This document shows, piece by piece, positions 37,280 through 46,710 of a stretch of DNA of 64,000 bases (position 1 is the stretch's first letter; the number at the start of each line of letters is the position of its first letter). The translations under genes were made by a program, and so were the position numbers. Under the pieces are notes generated by a model that saw only the letters and a program-made list of their open reading frames with translations, ran no database searches and was not told the origin of the DNA. The stretch is from a virus (Duplodnaviria; Caudoviricetes). The stretch lies in IMG/VR virus record IMGVR_UViG_2565956520_000001, one strand, 5' to 3'.

Positions 37280-37594
37280 ATGTCAGAATTAAAAATCATA
37301 GATTTGTTCATCATCTGTCACGAATGCCGCAAGGTTTTCACTGGCAAAAATATAACCCTCAACACCCCTTGCCCTGATTGCGGAACAACCGACTTCGCAT
37401 ACATCAAAGCTGAAGGCATTGTGGATGCCGTTGAAAACGAAATGGCCCTTGAAGCTATCCTTGCTCACTCAAACTGTGCCGTAGTTCACGAAGTTGCAAA
37501 TGTAATGGGCTACTCGGAATCCGGCGGCAGAGATTCGCGTAATAACGACAGCCATTTGAAAAACCTGAAAGAATGGCTTGAAGATCAGGAGTAA
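37280..37594 (+). CDS. Hypothetical zinc-ribbon protein
   Basis: CHEC...CPDCG motifs; GGAG RBS. Confidence 0.65.
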   Translation: MSELKIIDLFIICHECRKVFTGKNITLNTPCPDCGTTDFAYIKAEGIVDAVENEMALEAILAHSNCAVVHEVANVMGYSESGGRDSRNNDSHLKNLKEWLEDQE

Positions 37595-37596
37595 CC

Positions 37597-37881
37597 ATGT
37601 ATCGCGCAGAAGATTTTATCAGAAACTGCCCACTGCTGAAAGAAGGTGGCGTTGTGAACAGACTAAATAAAGCTAAAGCCCTTAATCCTTTTAATGCCAA
37701 AAAGGTTGCAAACCTTGGGTGTAGTTCCAGCGAAAAGGCTTGTCTGAATTTCGCTCTCACCCTCTATAATCCCGGCAACTATCCTTTTGAAATAGGAAAA
37801 CTTCTTATCAACGTTTCCGACCAACCGACACTTGATCATGTTGCAGAATGGATTCGTAAGGGCAGTCTAGGGCTGGACTAG
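37597..37881 (+). CDS. Hypothetical protein
   Basis: 94 aa; AGGAG RBS; within the operon. Confidence 0.6.
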   Translation: MYRAEDFIRNCPLLKEGGVVNRLNKAKALNPFNAKKVANLGCSSSEKACLNFALTLYNPGNYPFEIGKLLINVSDQPTLDHVAEWIRKGSLGLD

Positions 37882-37888
37882 ATAGGCC

Positions 37889-38107
37889 ATGTTGAAAGCA
37901 GGACTGCGAGTGCAGGTTAAAACAAGCATCCGGAGACGGTCATACCTAGCATATGTTGATAGGCTCGACCCTCGCGGCTTTTGGGTAGGATTCAAAATTG
38001 TAAATGGACGCATGAATAAAACAAGGCTCTGCATATTCAGACCTAAACATGTAACCGCTATAGAAACCGAAGCTGGTTTGCGGTGCGTTTTACAGGAAAC
38101 TTTATGA
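37889..38107 (+). CDS. Hypothetical protein
   Basis: 72 aa basic, beta-rich ORF within the operon. Confidence 0.5.
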   Translation: MLKAGLRVQVKTSIRRRSYLAYVDRLDPRGFWVGFKIVNGRMNKTRLCIFRPKHVTAIETEAGLRCVLQETL

Positions 38108-38622
38108 AAAAAGAAATCAAAGAAAGATACAAGATTAAAGGCTTTGATTATGAGGTCGATGAAAAAGGCCGCGTGTTCAGCACTAAGCACCATCCCGGTT
38201 ACGGCATAGGCTGGCAGATGATGCCCACTAAGCCGGGCTTAACTCGTATTCCGCAGTATACCCTGCGCCGAGACGGTGAAAGTTTCGTTTTCCGTATTGA
38301 TTTACTGGTAGATAAATATTTTGATTCAACCGAAGTTTTTGACGGCAATTGGTTCCGCAAAATGCGCTCAGAATCTAAAAAGCATAAAGCCCTAATGCGC
38401 GCGACATTCCTTGAAGAGAAAAGACAGACGAAGGAAGCAGGAAAGGCACTAGTAAGACCTACGCCTGAAACGGATATTATCATTGAACAAAAGTCAGCTC
38501 CAAACACTTACATACCTTGGTCGAACACAGAACAGCTTATAGAAAATTGCCGTTTTGATGAAAGCTACTCTGCCGCAATTGGTGGAGATTCAAGAGACGC
38601 TCAAATGTGCCCACTTAGATAA
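38083..38622 (+). CDS. Hypothetical protein with a NUMOD4-like N-terminus
   Basis: Y.V...GRVFS and Y.LRRDG......I..LV resemble NUMOD4-type segments. Confidence 0.45.
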   Translation: MRFTGNFMKKEIKERYKIKGFDYEVDEKGRVFSTKHHPGYGIGWQMMPTKPGLTRIPQYTLRRDGESFVFRIDLLVDKYFDSTEVFDGNWFRKMRSESKKHKALMRATFLEEKRQTKEAGKALVRPTPETDIIIEQKSAPNTYIPWSNTEQLIENCRFDESYSAAIGGDSRDAQMCPLR

Positions 38623-38634
38623 GGACAATTCACC

Positions 38635-39033
38635 ATGAATCTTACAAGCACCCTGCAATCCCACTTAGGCCGCCGCTATTCTGCCGAAGACGTCGCAACA
38701 GCATTTGCGAAATCTAAAAACTGGGTCTATAGAAATGCAACCGCTATCGGCGGTGTTCGCATGGGAAAAGAATGGGTGTTCTTTGAAATAAACATGGTCA
38801 ATTGCCTCACCAGAGGAACAGACGATGCCAATACAGCGAAAAAACAAGACCACGCAGAAGAAGGAATGGTTCGGAAGGATAACCTTGCCGAATGGAAAGC
38901 AGAAAGAAAAGAAAGCTTCGACCAAAAAGGAAGCGTTGGATTGGGAATGTATGATGAGGCAGAGGTTGAGCGAATTATCAGCGACCCCGACCCTTTCAAT
39001 CTCATTACACAGTCTCACCACCAGACACCTTGA
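38635..39033 (+). CDS. xis: Excisionase-like HTH protein, 3' part overlapping int
   Basis: YSAEDVA..F.KS.NWVYR......G.R.G..WVF winged-helix pattern, upstream of the integrase. Confidence 0.7.
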   Translation: MNLTSTLQSHLGRRYSAEDVATAFAKSKNWVYRNATAIGGVRMGKEWVFFEINMVNCLTRGTDDANTAKKQDHAEEGMVRKDNLAEWKAERKESFDQKGSVGLGMYDEAEVERIISDPDPFNLITQSHHQTP

Positions 39034-39961
39034 AGCACAAGTAGCCAAAGGAATCAGCGAAAGTTGGTTTCAGGATAAAAAGCTTGTGCTTAAGGAACTT
39101 CTAAACGCTTCTGGTGTAAAGCCCTTTCAACCTGCGGTTAATCTTGAACACGAAACCGTCCGCAAATTCCTTGATAAAATTGCCACGCTAAAAACGGGGC
39201 ATAGGGCCAACAGATACCGCCGCCATATTCTTAGAATGTGGTCATGGGGCAAGACGGCCCGACTTATATCCGGCGAGTGCCCTTGGGATGTTGAGAAATA
39301 CAAAGAAGTGCGGAACCCTCGTTATATCCCTTCTGAAGACGACTTCTGGAAGGTGTACGAAATAGCTGATCAGGTTCCGGACGGTTCAAGCCACAGAACA
39401 GGTGTTTACAATTCTGAGCCGCACCGTAAAACGATCCTGCTTACATTCCTTCATACAGCCGCCAGAAAATCAGAGATATTTGATCTCAAAAAAGAAGACC
39501 TCGACTTATCAGCCCGTAAAATACGTTTATGGACTGCCAAGCGTGACGGCGGCGTGGAATATGATTGGGTTCCAATGACTGGAATTCTGCACGATGAGCT
39601 TGAAAAGCACCTTGCCCGGCAAAAGCTTGAATTCCCATTCACGGATTACGTGTTCGTGAACCCTGCAACCGGACTCAATTATTCCAGCGTAAGCAAAATG
39701 ATGGAAAGATTGTGTAAACGGGCTGGAGTAAAGCATTTTGGCTTCCACGCTATCCGACACCTCACCGCGTCGATTCTAGATAGCAAGATGGTGCCTATGG
39801 CTGATATTCAGGCCATACTACGGCACAAGTCTATGGAAGTGACCGCAAAGTACGTTCATTCCATAAGAGGCGCGCGCGTTGAGCTGGATAAGGTGTTTGG
39901 AACAGGCAAAGTGATTCAGTTTGAGGACATAAAAAAAGCCCCCGCAAAAGCGGAGGCTTGA
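38825..39961 (+). CDS. int: Tyrosine integrase of prophage 1
   Basis: TAARKSEI (R), TAKR (K), FHAIRH (HxxR), LRHK and KYVH (Y). Adjacent to the right att. Confidence 0.93.
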   Translation: MPIQRKNKTTQKKEWFGRITLPNGKQKEKKASTKKEALDWECMMRQRLSELSATPTLSISLHSLTTRHLEAQVAKGISESWFQDKKLVLKELLNASGVKPFQPAVNLEHETVRKFLDKIATLKTGHRANRYRRHILRMWSWGKTARLISGECPWDVEKYKEVRNPRYIPSEDDFWKVYEIADQVPDGSSHRTGVYNSEPHRKTILLTFLHTAARKSEIFDLKKEDLDLSARKIRLWTAKRDGGVEYDWVPMTGILHDELEKHLARQKLEFPFTDYVFVNPATGLNYSSVSKMMERLCKRAGVKHFGFHAIRHLTASILDSKMVPMADIQAILRHKSMEVTAKYVHSIRGARVELDKVFGTGKVIQFEDIKKAPAKAEA

Positions 39962-39964
39962 AAT

Positions 39965-40006
39965 AAAGGTGAGTAAAGCAGTGAGTAAAGCTTACAACCG
40001 ACTCAC
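39965..40006 (+). repeat. Prophage 1 integrase arm-type sites (right end)
   Basis: AAAGGTGAGTAAA (39965-39977), GTGAGTAAA (39981-39989) and an inverted GACTCAC (40000-40006). Confidence 0.65.
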
Positions 40007-40033
40007 TATTTAGCTCTAAACCCTTGAAATAAT

Positions 40034-40078
40034 TGGTGGGCAATACAAGATTCGAACTTGTGGCTTCCAGCTCCGGAG
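40034..40078 (-). repeat. Right attachment core: 3' half of tRNA-Arg(CCG)
   Basis: Identical to 367-411. No tRNA 5' half follows. Confidence 0.9.
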
Positions 40079-40185
40079 GCTGTTTTCGCAGTTGTTTCAC
40101 ACATAGCACTCAAGTCAATATCCACTCTATTCATTAATATTATTGATTTTATTTCAAAGACATTGTTTACTGAATCTACGAGCAA

Positions 40186-40234
40186 GGGTAGCATTTGGGT
40201 AGCAATTCCGCATTTGGGTAGCATTTGGGTAGCA
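40186..40234 (+). repeat. Four (TTT)GGGTAGCA repeats, putative arm-type sites of integrase 2
   Basis: Copies at 40186-40193, 40194-40204, 40213-40223 and 40224-40234, immediately before the integrase ATG at 40240. Confidence 0.75.
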
Positions 40235-40239
40235 AAAAA

Positions 40240-41346
40240 ATGATCCGTATTAAGACAAGATATATTGGCGTTTATCATAGAGAATCTGACACTCGTAGGT
40301 TCAGAGGAAAGCCTGACATTTGCTATGAGATAACCTACAAGCTTAAGAACCGCAAAAAGATATGGGAAAAGATCGGCTGGAAAAGTGAAGGCTTTTCCGC
40401 TGTCATGGCCAACAACCTGCGCAGTGAGCGTTTGGTGAAAATTAAGACCGGAACTGTCTCGGTTATCATCAACATTACATATGCAAAAGCATGGCAAAAT
40501 TATTGCGATAGACATTTGACCGAAGGAAAATCTAAGGCCACCGACATATACCGTCATAACAAGCATATTGAAAACACTCTCGGACACTTCAGGCTGGATC
40601 AAATAACACCGGACATTCTCCAAACCTTCATGAATCGTTTGTCGGACACACTCAGTCCGCAGAGTGTTAAACATGTCCTTGCCCAGGTCAGAAGAGTCAT
40701 CAACAAGGCCATTAAGTGGGGCCACTGGGACGGAGTAAACCCTGTCACTAGAATCACAATGCCCACTATCAATAATAGTAGAACACGATACTTCACACCT
40801 AATGAAGCAGCTCAAGTGCTTGAAGAGCTCCAATACCGCAGCCCTCAAACACATTCCATGGCCACCGTCAGCCTCCACACCGGGATGAGATTCGGAGAGA
40901 TCGCAGCTATTCGCTGGGCAGATGTAAATTTTGATGCCGGAACCATCTCTATTTTTGACGCCAAAACAGGTGATAGACACGCCTTGATGACTGACACCGT
41001 TAAGAAAATGCTTTCTGATATGCCCAACAAAGTTCCAAGCGATTACCTTTTCTTTTCTAGAAAAGGCGACAAGATAAAAGCAGCCAGCCCCACCTTTGAG
41101 CGAGTTGTAAATGAACTCGGGCTTAATGCCGACATAACTGATCGACGCCAAAAAATTGTATTTCATTCTCTTAGACACACCTACGCCTCCTGGATGGCAA
41201 CTAAAGGAATCCCGCTTTATGTTATCGCAGAACTGCTTGGCCACAGTACTTTAGAAATGGCCAGCCGCTATGCTCACCTCTGCCCTGACCAAAAACGAGA
41301 AGCCTCAAACATGGTGCAGGAAGTTTTCAACTCGGCTGGTCAATAG
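40240..41346 (+). CDS. int: Tyrosine integrase of element 2
   Basis: TGMRFGEI (R), DAKTG (K), FHSLRH, LLGHS and RYAH (Y). Confidence 0.93.
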   Translation: MIRIKTRYIGVYHRESDTRRFRGKPDICYEITYKLKNRKKIWEKIGWKSEGFSAVMANNLRSERLVKIKTGTVSVIINITYAKAWQNYCDRHLTEGKSKATDIYRHNKHIENTLGHFRLDQITPDILQTFMNRLSDTLSPQSVKHVLAQVRRVINKAIKWGHWDGVNPVTRITMPTINNSRTRYFTPNEAAQVLEELQYRSPQTHSMATVSLHTGMRFGEIAAIRWADVNFDAGTISIFDAKTGDRHALMTDTVKKMLSDMPNKVPSDYLFFSRKGDKIKAASPTFERVVNELGLNADITDRRQKIVFHSLRHTYASWMATKGIPLYVIAELLGHSTLEMASRYAHLCPDQKREASNMVQEVFNSAGQ

Positions 41347-41674
41347 TTCTAACCAAACCCGAAGTGTAAAATTTCTCCAGATCTGACTTTCTATACAATA
41401 TTTTACTGCCCCTTCTAGTATACATAGGCCCACGCCCTTCTCCCCTGAGCTTTCGTAATGAAGCCGCACTTTCACCATAAAGAAGAGCAACTTCATTAGT
41501 ATTCAGGTTTTCTTTACGCTTAAGGAATTCCATTTCAAACACCGGCTTCATATTTTCGCCCACAACTTCGCGCAGCACACTTTGCATTTCCTGCGGGAAT
41601 CCGGAAGAGACTGGTGCTAAATGTTTTTCACATAGCTTAGACAGCTCTGCTTCAAATTCTTCTTTGCCCATCAC
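41327..41674 (-). CDS. Excisionase-like HTH protein
   Basis: LNTNEVA.LYG.S..SLRK.R..GRGP.Y...G.KILYRKSDLE.F pattern. Confidence 0.78.
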   Translation of the reverse strand: MMGKEEFEAELSKLCEKHLAPVSSGFPQEMQSVLREVVGENMKPVFEMEFLKRKENLNTNEVALLYGESAASLRKLRGEGRGPMYTRRGSKILYRKSDLEKFYTSGLVRTIDQPS

Positions 41675-42198
41675 TCACTCCATACGATATTGGTTAAAGC
41701 CATTCCAACCTCAGTTCCGAGCAACGGATCAGTGGTTGCCGCATCGCCACACTCATACAACTCATGCTCCCTCTCTCCGGCCAGATCCTTAATCAAGGAA
41801 AGAACTGACATTTCCAAATACCGCCACGGTTTCTTTCTGCCAGTTTGAAGCTTAACAATGAGCGCATCGCAAACCAGCATATGAACCGCCAGCCAGTAGT
41901 GCATCCATTCATCGGCCTCAAATTCATTATCTGGAAACATTACTTCCACGATATCTTTGACCTGAGCGAAAGATTTCTTCACGGCCTTGTCAGCTCTGGT
42001 ACTGGTTATTGGATCAAGCCGCCCCTTTGCTTCAGAATACCATTTACGGATTTTCTCTGAAGCAGAACGACCGCGCGCAGATCTACAAACAGACTCGTCC
42101 ATCAGATCAAGGCCGGTATCAATCATGGACAGCACAACATGAAGCTGCCTGTTTGTTATGGCCTGCCGTTTGCGCCGGTTGTTTAAATTATTTGTCAT
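41671..42198 (-). CDS. Hypothetical phage protein
   Basis: 175-aa helical ORF coupled to its neighbours. Confidence 0.65.
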   Translation of the reverse strand: MTNNLNNRRKRQAITNRQLHVVLSMIDTGLDLMDESVCRSARGRSASEKIRKWYSEAKGRLDPITSTRADKAVKKSFAQVKDIVEVMFPDNEFEADEWMHYWLAVHMLVCDALIVKLQTGRKKPWRYLEMSVLSLIKDLAGEREHELYECGDAATTDPLLGTEVGMALTNIVWSE

Positions 42199-42539
42199 GA
42201 GATCTCCCTTATAAAATCTTCCAGCCCACTACCTTTCATATCCTTCAGACAAATCCTTAACGATCCTTCCACCAATTTCGATTTGGTAACTACTCCGAAT
42301 TTTCGCTTAAGCTTTACCTGCATCAGCTCCAAATCTTCATTTACATCTTCATCTACATAGATAGTAAGTTTGTAAGGCTTAGCTTTTGCCGTCTTGACGT
42401 CAGGACGTCCAAGCGGTTTAACGTCTGGACGGTTTGCCGTTTGGTCGCTTTGCTGCTCTGACGGCTTACCGCCACCCTGATCTCCCAACACGCTACCCAA
42501 AATATCAGGAGTCTTCTCCCTCTTGCTACCGCCTGGCAT
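42195..42539 (-). CDS. ParA partner: ParG-like RHH centromere-binding protein candidate
   Basis: ATG at 42539 overlaps the parA end. Flexible N-terminus and C-terminal KLTIYVDEDV.EDL...KSKLVE.SL RHH-like pattern. Confidence 0.65.
   Translation of the reverse strand: MPGGSKREKTPDILGSVLGDQGGGKPSEQQSDQTANRPDVKPLGRPDVKTAKAKPYKLTIYVDEDVNEDLELMQVKLKRKFGVVTKSKLVEGSLRICLKDMKGSGLEDFIREIS
42388..42475. repeat. 8-bp-period tandem array (about 11 units, GACGTCTT-like) inside the ParA-partner gene
   Basis: gccgtctt gacgtcag gacgtcca agcggttt aacgtctg gacggttt gccgtttg gtcgcttt gctgctct gacggctt accgccac. Confidence 0.8.
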
Positions 42540-43275
42540 ATTCATCCACCGTGCGGACCAGCACTTCATACATTTTAGCTCCTGTGCATTCAGGAGAGTA
42601 TTCAAAAATAGTCTGTCCATGACCAAAGCTTTCAGCCAGTCGCACGTTAACGGGGATTGGTTCCCGCACTATTTCACCGAAATGATCCTGCAACTGGATC
42701 AAAGTCTCTTCCGACTGTTTCACCCTGCCATCCAAAAAAGTAGGGACAATGTGATCAATTATTATATCTTCACGATACTTCTGAACCTTTTTGAAGTTCT
42801 TAATGAACTCCGCAACTCCATTCAGAGTCATAGGCATGAGAGAAATGGGACACACCAATTCATCTACGTAAAAGAACACGTTAATATTCAGAACATCCCA
42901 ACCTGGCGATGTATCAAAAATCACGTAATCAAAATTCATGGATTCAAGAGGCTCAAGCAGCTCTGTAAGAGCCATTTCCCGCTTCATGTCTTTGTTAGAT
43001 ATCCATTCCTTAAGAATGGCCAAATCAGCCCCACCCGCTATAACCTGTAAATTTTCCCGGGCCTGCACCAAACAATCTTCTAACGCGACACCACGAGTCA
43101 CATCAGTCAAACAGTATTTGGGCTGCAAACCCAAATACGGACTCACCTGCCCTTGGGTATCCAGATCAATCAGCACCACAGACTTACCGCGCCGCGCCAG
43201 CCCATGAGCCAAGTTAACGGCGGTAGTAGTTTTACCTACCCCGCCCTTTGACAAACAAACGGCTATTTTCCGCAT
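42526..43275 (-). CDS. parA: ParA/Soj-family partition ATPase
   Basis: KGGVGKTT deviant Walker A, IDLDTQG and DYVIFDTSP motifs. Confidence 0.92.
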   Translation of the reverse strand: MRKIAVCLSKGGVGKTTTAVNLAHGLARRGKSVVLIDLDTQGQVSPYLGLQPKYCLTDVTRGVALEDCLVQARENLQVIAGGADLAILKEWISNKDMKREMALTELLEPLESMNFDYVIFDTSPGWDVLNINVFFYVDELVCPISLMPMTLNGVAEFIKNFKKVQKYREDIIIDHIVPTFLDGRVKQSEETLIQLQDHFGEIVREPIPVNVRLAESFGHGQTIFEYSPECTGAKMYEVLVRTVDEYARR

Positions 43276-43679
43276 GACTGTCCACCCTGACCACCGTACT
43301 GAATACTAATGAATGCTCCTGGCAATTTTACCAGCAAAGCATCCATCAGTTCCTGTGAAGACATTTCCCGCTGGTTTTCCTCAGCGATCCTTTTTTTCAG
43401 CTCAGTAATGGTCAAAGCTCCCGTGGCTTCATCAGATAGAACTCTGAACTTCGGGCCTTCACCTGTTCGAATCCAATCTGGATCCACGCCGCCGATCTCA
43501 AGAGCTTTAACAAACCACTCTGCCGGAATTGAGTTCCGACGCTTGGCATCAGATATTGACGATTGGCGAATTCCCAAAGCTTCAGCCAGCTTAACCTGAG
43601 TCGGTCTTCCTTCTATAAGAAACGCTTCACCAAGCCTCAGCAGTACCGCTTCAAATTCGATTGTGCCTCTCATAAGCAT
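43263..43679 (-). CDS. Phage CI-repressor-like HTH protein (186/P2 type)
   Basis: TQVKLAEALGIRQSSISDAKRRNSIP..W......DWI.TGEG. GGAGG RBS before the ATG at 43679. Confidence 0.82.
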   Translation of the reverse strand: MLMRGTIEFEAVLLRLGEAFLIEGRPTQVKLAEALGIRQSSISDAKRRNSIPAEWFVKALEIGGVDPDWIRTGEGPKFRVLSDEATGALTITELKKRIAEENQREMSSQELMDALLVKLPGAFISIQYGGQGGQSCGK

Positions 43680-43821
43680 GAAAACCTCCGTTTTGTTTTG
43701 CTTTATTCCTCGCCGGAATACAGAATCACTTCCATTTTCCGGCCAGAAATAAAACTTGCCAAATCTGCAAACATAACCACCTGAAATAATGGCTTTATGA
43801 TTAGAAAACCCAACATTGCCA

Positions 43822-44145
43822 TTAATCACCGTCCAGAATATCTACTATACTGGGGTTATCTTTAAGTGTCGGGAGAGCCAGACGCACAGAAGCGCGAATG
43901 TATTTTGATTGCTGTCCACCTGAAATTTTAAGGAGGTCATCCTTCATCTTTGCAGACATGGCTACAGATACATTTTCAGTAAGGGGACTTTTGCGTTTGC
44001 GGGAGAAGCTGGTGGCAGTGAGAAGGTCCGTAGCGTGCGCTTCTTTGCGATTCTTAAAAGACAGAACAATCGCAGCAATAACTACAGCAGCCAGCGTACA
44101 ACAAATGATGGTTAGGGAAACGTCAATTCCACTACCTTGCATCAT
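43822..44145 (-). CDS. Hypothetical protein (N-terminal TM, RHH-like C-terminus)
   Basis: Hydrophobic aa 9-29; VSVAMS..MK..L.......SKYIR..V.LAL. Confidence 0.5.
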   Translation of the reverse strand: MMQGSGIDVSLTIICCTLAAVVIAAIVLSFKNRKEAHATDLLTATSFSRKRKSPLTENVSVAMSAKMKDDLLKISGGQQSKYIRASVRLALPTLKDNPSIVDILDGD

Positions 44146-44531
44146 GCTACCCTCGCTTTTGGGCCGGTCTTTTGAGCTTTTGTAGGTAGAGGAACCAGAT
44201 GTTTTGGAATTTTAAAACCCTCTTCACCTAACTCTACACTGCAAAGTTTCTCGTAAACAGATAGCTTTGTGTACTGGCTATTCAAAAACTGGGACAGCTG
44301 CTGAGGAGTAATATCTAGCTCTTTAGCTACATCCTTTTTTTTAATTCCATTGGCCACAAACCATGCATCCAAAGCACGCTTTCTGCTTTGACTGAGATTA
44401 TCGTTTAGTGCTAAAGACAAAAGTGCTCCCAAGTTATCGGTTACAGGGTGTTTGTTCAAAGGCCACCCCGAGTAACTAAATATTAATTTAACTCTAAAGT
44501 TGTGATTATCCAACTTACTACTAAAAATCAA
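44142..44531 (-). CDS. Cro-like XRE HTH protein (start uncertain)
   Basis: NGIKKKDVAKELDITPQQLSQFLN HTH. Confidence 0.7.
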   Translation of the reverse strand: MIFSSKLDNHNFRVKLIFSYSGWPLNKHPVTDNLGALLSLALNDNLSQSRKRALDAWFVANGIKKKDVAKELDITPQQLSQFLNSQYTKLSVYEKLCSVELGEEGFKIPKHLVPLPTKAQKTGPKARVA

Positions 44532-44547
44532 GAAGAAAAGTAGATTT

Positions 44548-44937
44548 ATGAAAGACTTTATAGGAGATGGCTTCCCAGAACGCCTTCAACAGATCATAGA
44601 TTCTAAAGAATGGAACAAGGGTGAATTTGCCAAAGTAGGTGATGTTACAGGAAAAAGTATGTCCACTTATGTTGGTGGTACTGCTTTGCCTAAAGCGAAG
44701 ACTTTGGCGAACTGGGGTACTTTTGCAGATATAAGTATTGATTGGCTGCTGCTTGGCCGTGGTGAAATGTACTATTCTAAAAGAGCTAAAGAAGAATTAG
44801 ATCCTATAATTCGCAGAATCCACGAAACACGGAAAGTTCTTGAAGAGCTAGGGGCAGACCCTGAAACCATCCAACAAGCGATTCTGAACATCACTAAAAG
44901 CTCAGGTGATGAGCTTCAAGAAAATTTCGCGAGTTAA
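44548..44937 (+). CDS. XRE-family repressor
   Basis: ERLQ.II......K.EFAK..DVT..S.S.Y..G...P....L.......SIDWLLLGRG pattern. Confidence 0.82.
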   Translation: MKDFIGDGFPERLQQIIDSKEWNKGEFAKVGDVTGKSMSTYVGGTALPKAKTLANWGTFADISIDWLLLGRGEMYYSKRAKEELDPIIRRIHETRKVLEELGADPETIQQAILNITKSSGDELQENFAS

Positions 44938-44950
44938 AGAAAAAAGAATA

Positions 44951-44996
44951 CCCCTTCTGGTTCAAAGGATTGTTTGGACCGGAGGGGGAAATTTTT
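44951..44996 (+). terminator. Terminator after the repressor gene
   Basis: 16-bp stem (with G-U pairs) CCCCTTCTGGTTCAAA / TTTGGACCGGAGGGGG followed by a T run. Confidence 0.65.
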
Positions 44997-45119
44997 TAGG
45001 ATTTGATATAGGTAGTTGGATTGAAATATGGAATAAGCATTGACAATTATAAGTATAATGACTCTAACAAAATTGAAATTGAAAACAATTATTTTTACAT
45101 TCTAACATACACAAATACT

Positions 45120-46709
45120 ATGAAATCAATACAAGTTGAAAATCTAAAAAGTCTTGTCAAAACACCTAAAATTGAAATTAAACCTATTACTATTCTTGTT
45201 GGCAAAAATAGCAGTGGGAAAAGCACCTTTTTAAGAACCTTCCCACTTTTTAAACAGAGCGTAGAGGAAAACATAAAAGCTCCAATACTTTTTTGTGGAA
45301 ACTATGTAGATTTTGGTGAATTTGGTGAAATCAGAAATAAGAGCACTAAAAATGATTCTATAACATTCACTATTGAATCAGAAATTGATCAAAAATCGCT
45401 ACTAAATAATGCTTATAGATATAGTTTTAACTTAAGCAAATTTATGGATCAAAATAGTAATGAAATTCTTCCTATAAAATTCATATCAAAAATAAAAAAC
45501 AAAGTAAAAAATGTCCGTAATACTTATTTAGAATCTTTTAAAATATCTATAGCAGACCAGAATTTAGACTTTAAATTTGACGAAGACTCGAAGTTGATTG
45601 ATCTCAATATTAATGATGAAAGCTTTAAAGATTTTTTAGCTGACATATATAGTACAAATTCTGGATTAGTACCGAATCTCATAACTAAAATATCCTTAGA
45701 TAAAAATTACATATACAGCCATAGCTGGGTCTTTCCGCAATTCCAGGAACAATCTCGTTACGAACGCTTGGTGAAAATAATTAAGAAACACGTCTATAAT
45801 ACAACTAGTGATGAAAATATTGCCGACATTGTGCGCTCCATATCAATCGGATCCAAATCTTTCACCTTATCAAGCTGTAAAAACGATTTTCTAAAAACTA
45901 AAACTTGGATTAAAAAAGCTAAAACGTGGACTACCGATTCCAAAGAATTTCAAAGCGTTAACAATGCTTTATTGTTTGAAAATTTTATGAGTATGGTAAA
46001 TTTTATTGGTAACCATTTTAAATTATACTCTCAAAGAATTAACTATATAAGTCCTTTTAGAGCTTCTCCAGAAAGGTACTATCGCCATCAAGAATTAGCT
46101 GTCCATAACATAGATCCGCAAGGTAAAAATACAGCAATATTCCTTGACAATCTAACCAACAGGCAAAAAAAGAATTTAGAAGAATGGACCGACAACAATT
46201 TTGATATAAAACTTAAAACAACATACAAATCAGGTCATCTTTCTATTGAACTTAAAGAGAATAAATCTGATTTTTACATAAATATTGCTGACATAGGATT
46301 TGGTTATTCTCAACTTCTGCCTATTATTATCCAACTTTGGTTCAAAACTACTAAAGATCATAAAGACATAATCTTTGAAACTGGATACGAAACATTCGCT
46401 ATTGAGCAGCCAGAGTTGCACCTACACCCTAAAATGATAGGTCATTTTACGGATTTACTAGTAAAACTGATATCTTCAAATCATTTAAAAGAAACAAATA
46501 TAAAACTAATTATCGAAACTCATAGCAAGTCACTTATTAATAGAATTGGTCAACACATAGCTAAAAAAAACATTACTCCTGACTCAGTAAACGTAGTTAT
46601 ATTCGACAATAAAAACGGCTACGAATCAAACATAGACATTGCCAAATTCAATGATAAAGGAATGTTAAATAACTGGCCTGCTAATTTCTTTCTTCCGGAG
46701 CGATTTTAA
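45120..46709 (+). CDS. ABC/AAA_15-type ATPase with a DUF3696-like C-terminus (defence-type)
   Basis: GKNSSGKS Walker A, IGFGYSQLLP signature, IEQPELHLHP Walker B, IETHS H-loop and C-terminal G.L.NWP..FF. The ORF track starts at 45021. Confidence 0.85.
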   Translation: MKSIQVENLKSLVKTPKIEIKPITILVGKNSSGKSTFLRTFPLFKQSVEENIKAPILFCGNYVDFGEFGEIRNKSTKNDSITFTIESEIDQKSLLNNAYRYSFNLSKFMDQNSNEILPIKFISKIKNKVKNVRNTYLESFKISIADQNLDFKFDEDSKLIDLNINDESFKDFLADIYSTNSGLVPNLITKISLDKNYIYSHSWVFPQFQEQSRYERLVKIIKKHVYNTTSDENIADIVRSISIGSKSFTLSSCKNDFLKTKTWIKKAKTWTTDSKEFQSVNNALLFENFMSMVNFIGNHFKLYSQRINYISPFRASPERYYRHQELAVHNIDPQGKNTAIFLDNLTNRQKKNLEEWTDNNFDIKLKTTYKSGHLSIELKENKSDFYINIADIGFGYSQLLPIIIQLWFKTTKDHKDIIFETGYETFAIEQPELHLHPKMIGHFTDLLVKLISSNHLKETNIKLIIETHSKSLINRIGQHIAKKNITPDSVNVVIFDNKNGYESNIDIAKFNDKGMLNNWPANFFLPERF

Positions 46710-46710
46710 A

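Larger units (their letters stand above)
367..40078. mobile_element. Prophage 1: apparently complete temperate myovirus-type phage (lambda-like head and cos, P2-like contractile tail, P4-type primase)
   Basis: Flanked by 45-bp direct att repeats and contains integrase, terminase, portal, capsid, sheath, tube, baseplate, tape measure, lysis and switch genes with no obvious frameshifts. Confidence 0.92.

Noticed and set aside
40006-41244. 412-aa minus-strand ORF
   Set aside because: Antisense shadow of integrase 2 that runs across the att core, with no recognisable motifs.
42388-42475. CRISPR array or protein-repeat explanation for the short repeat arrays
   Set aside because: There are no unique spacers and no cas genes, and the 8-bp period is out of codon phase.
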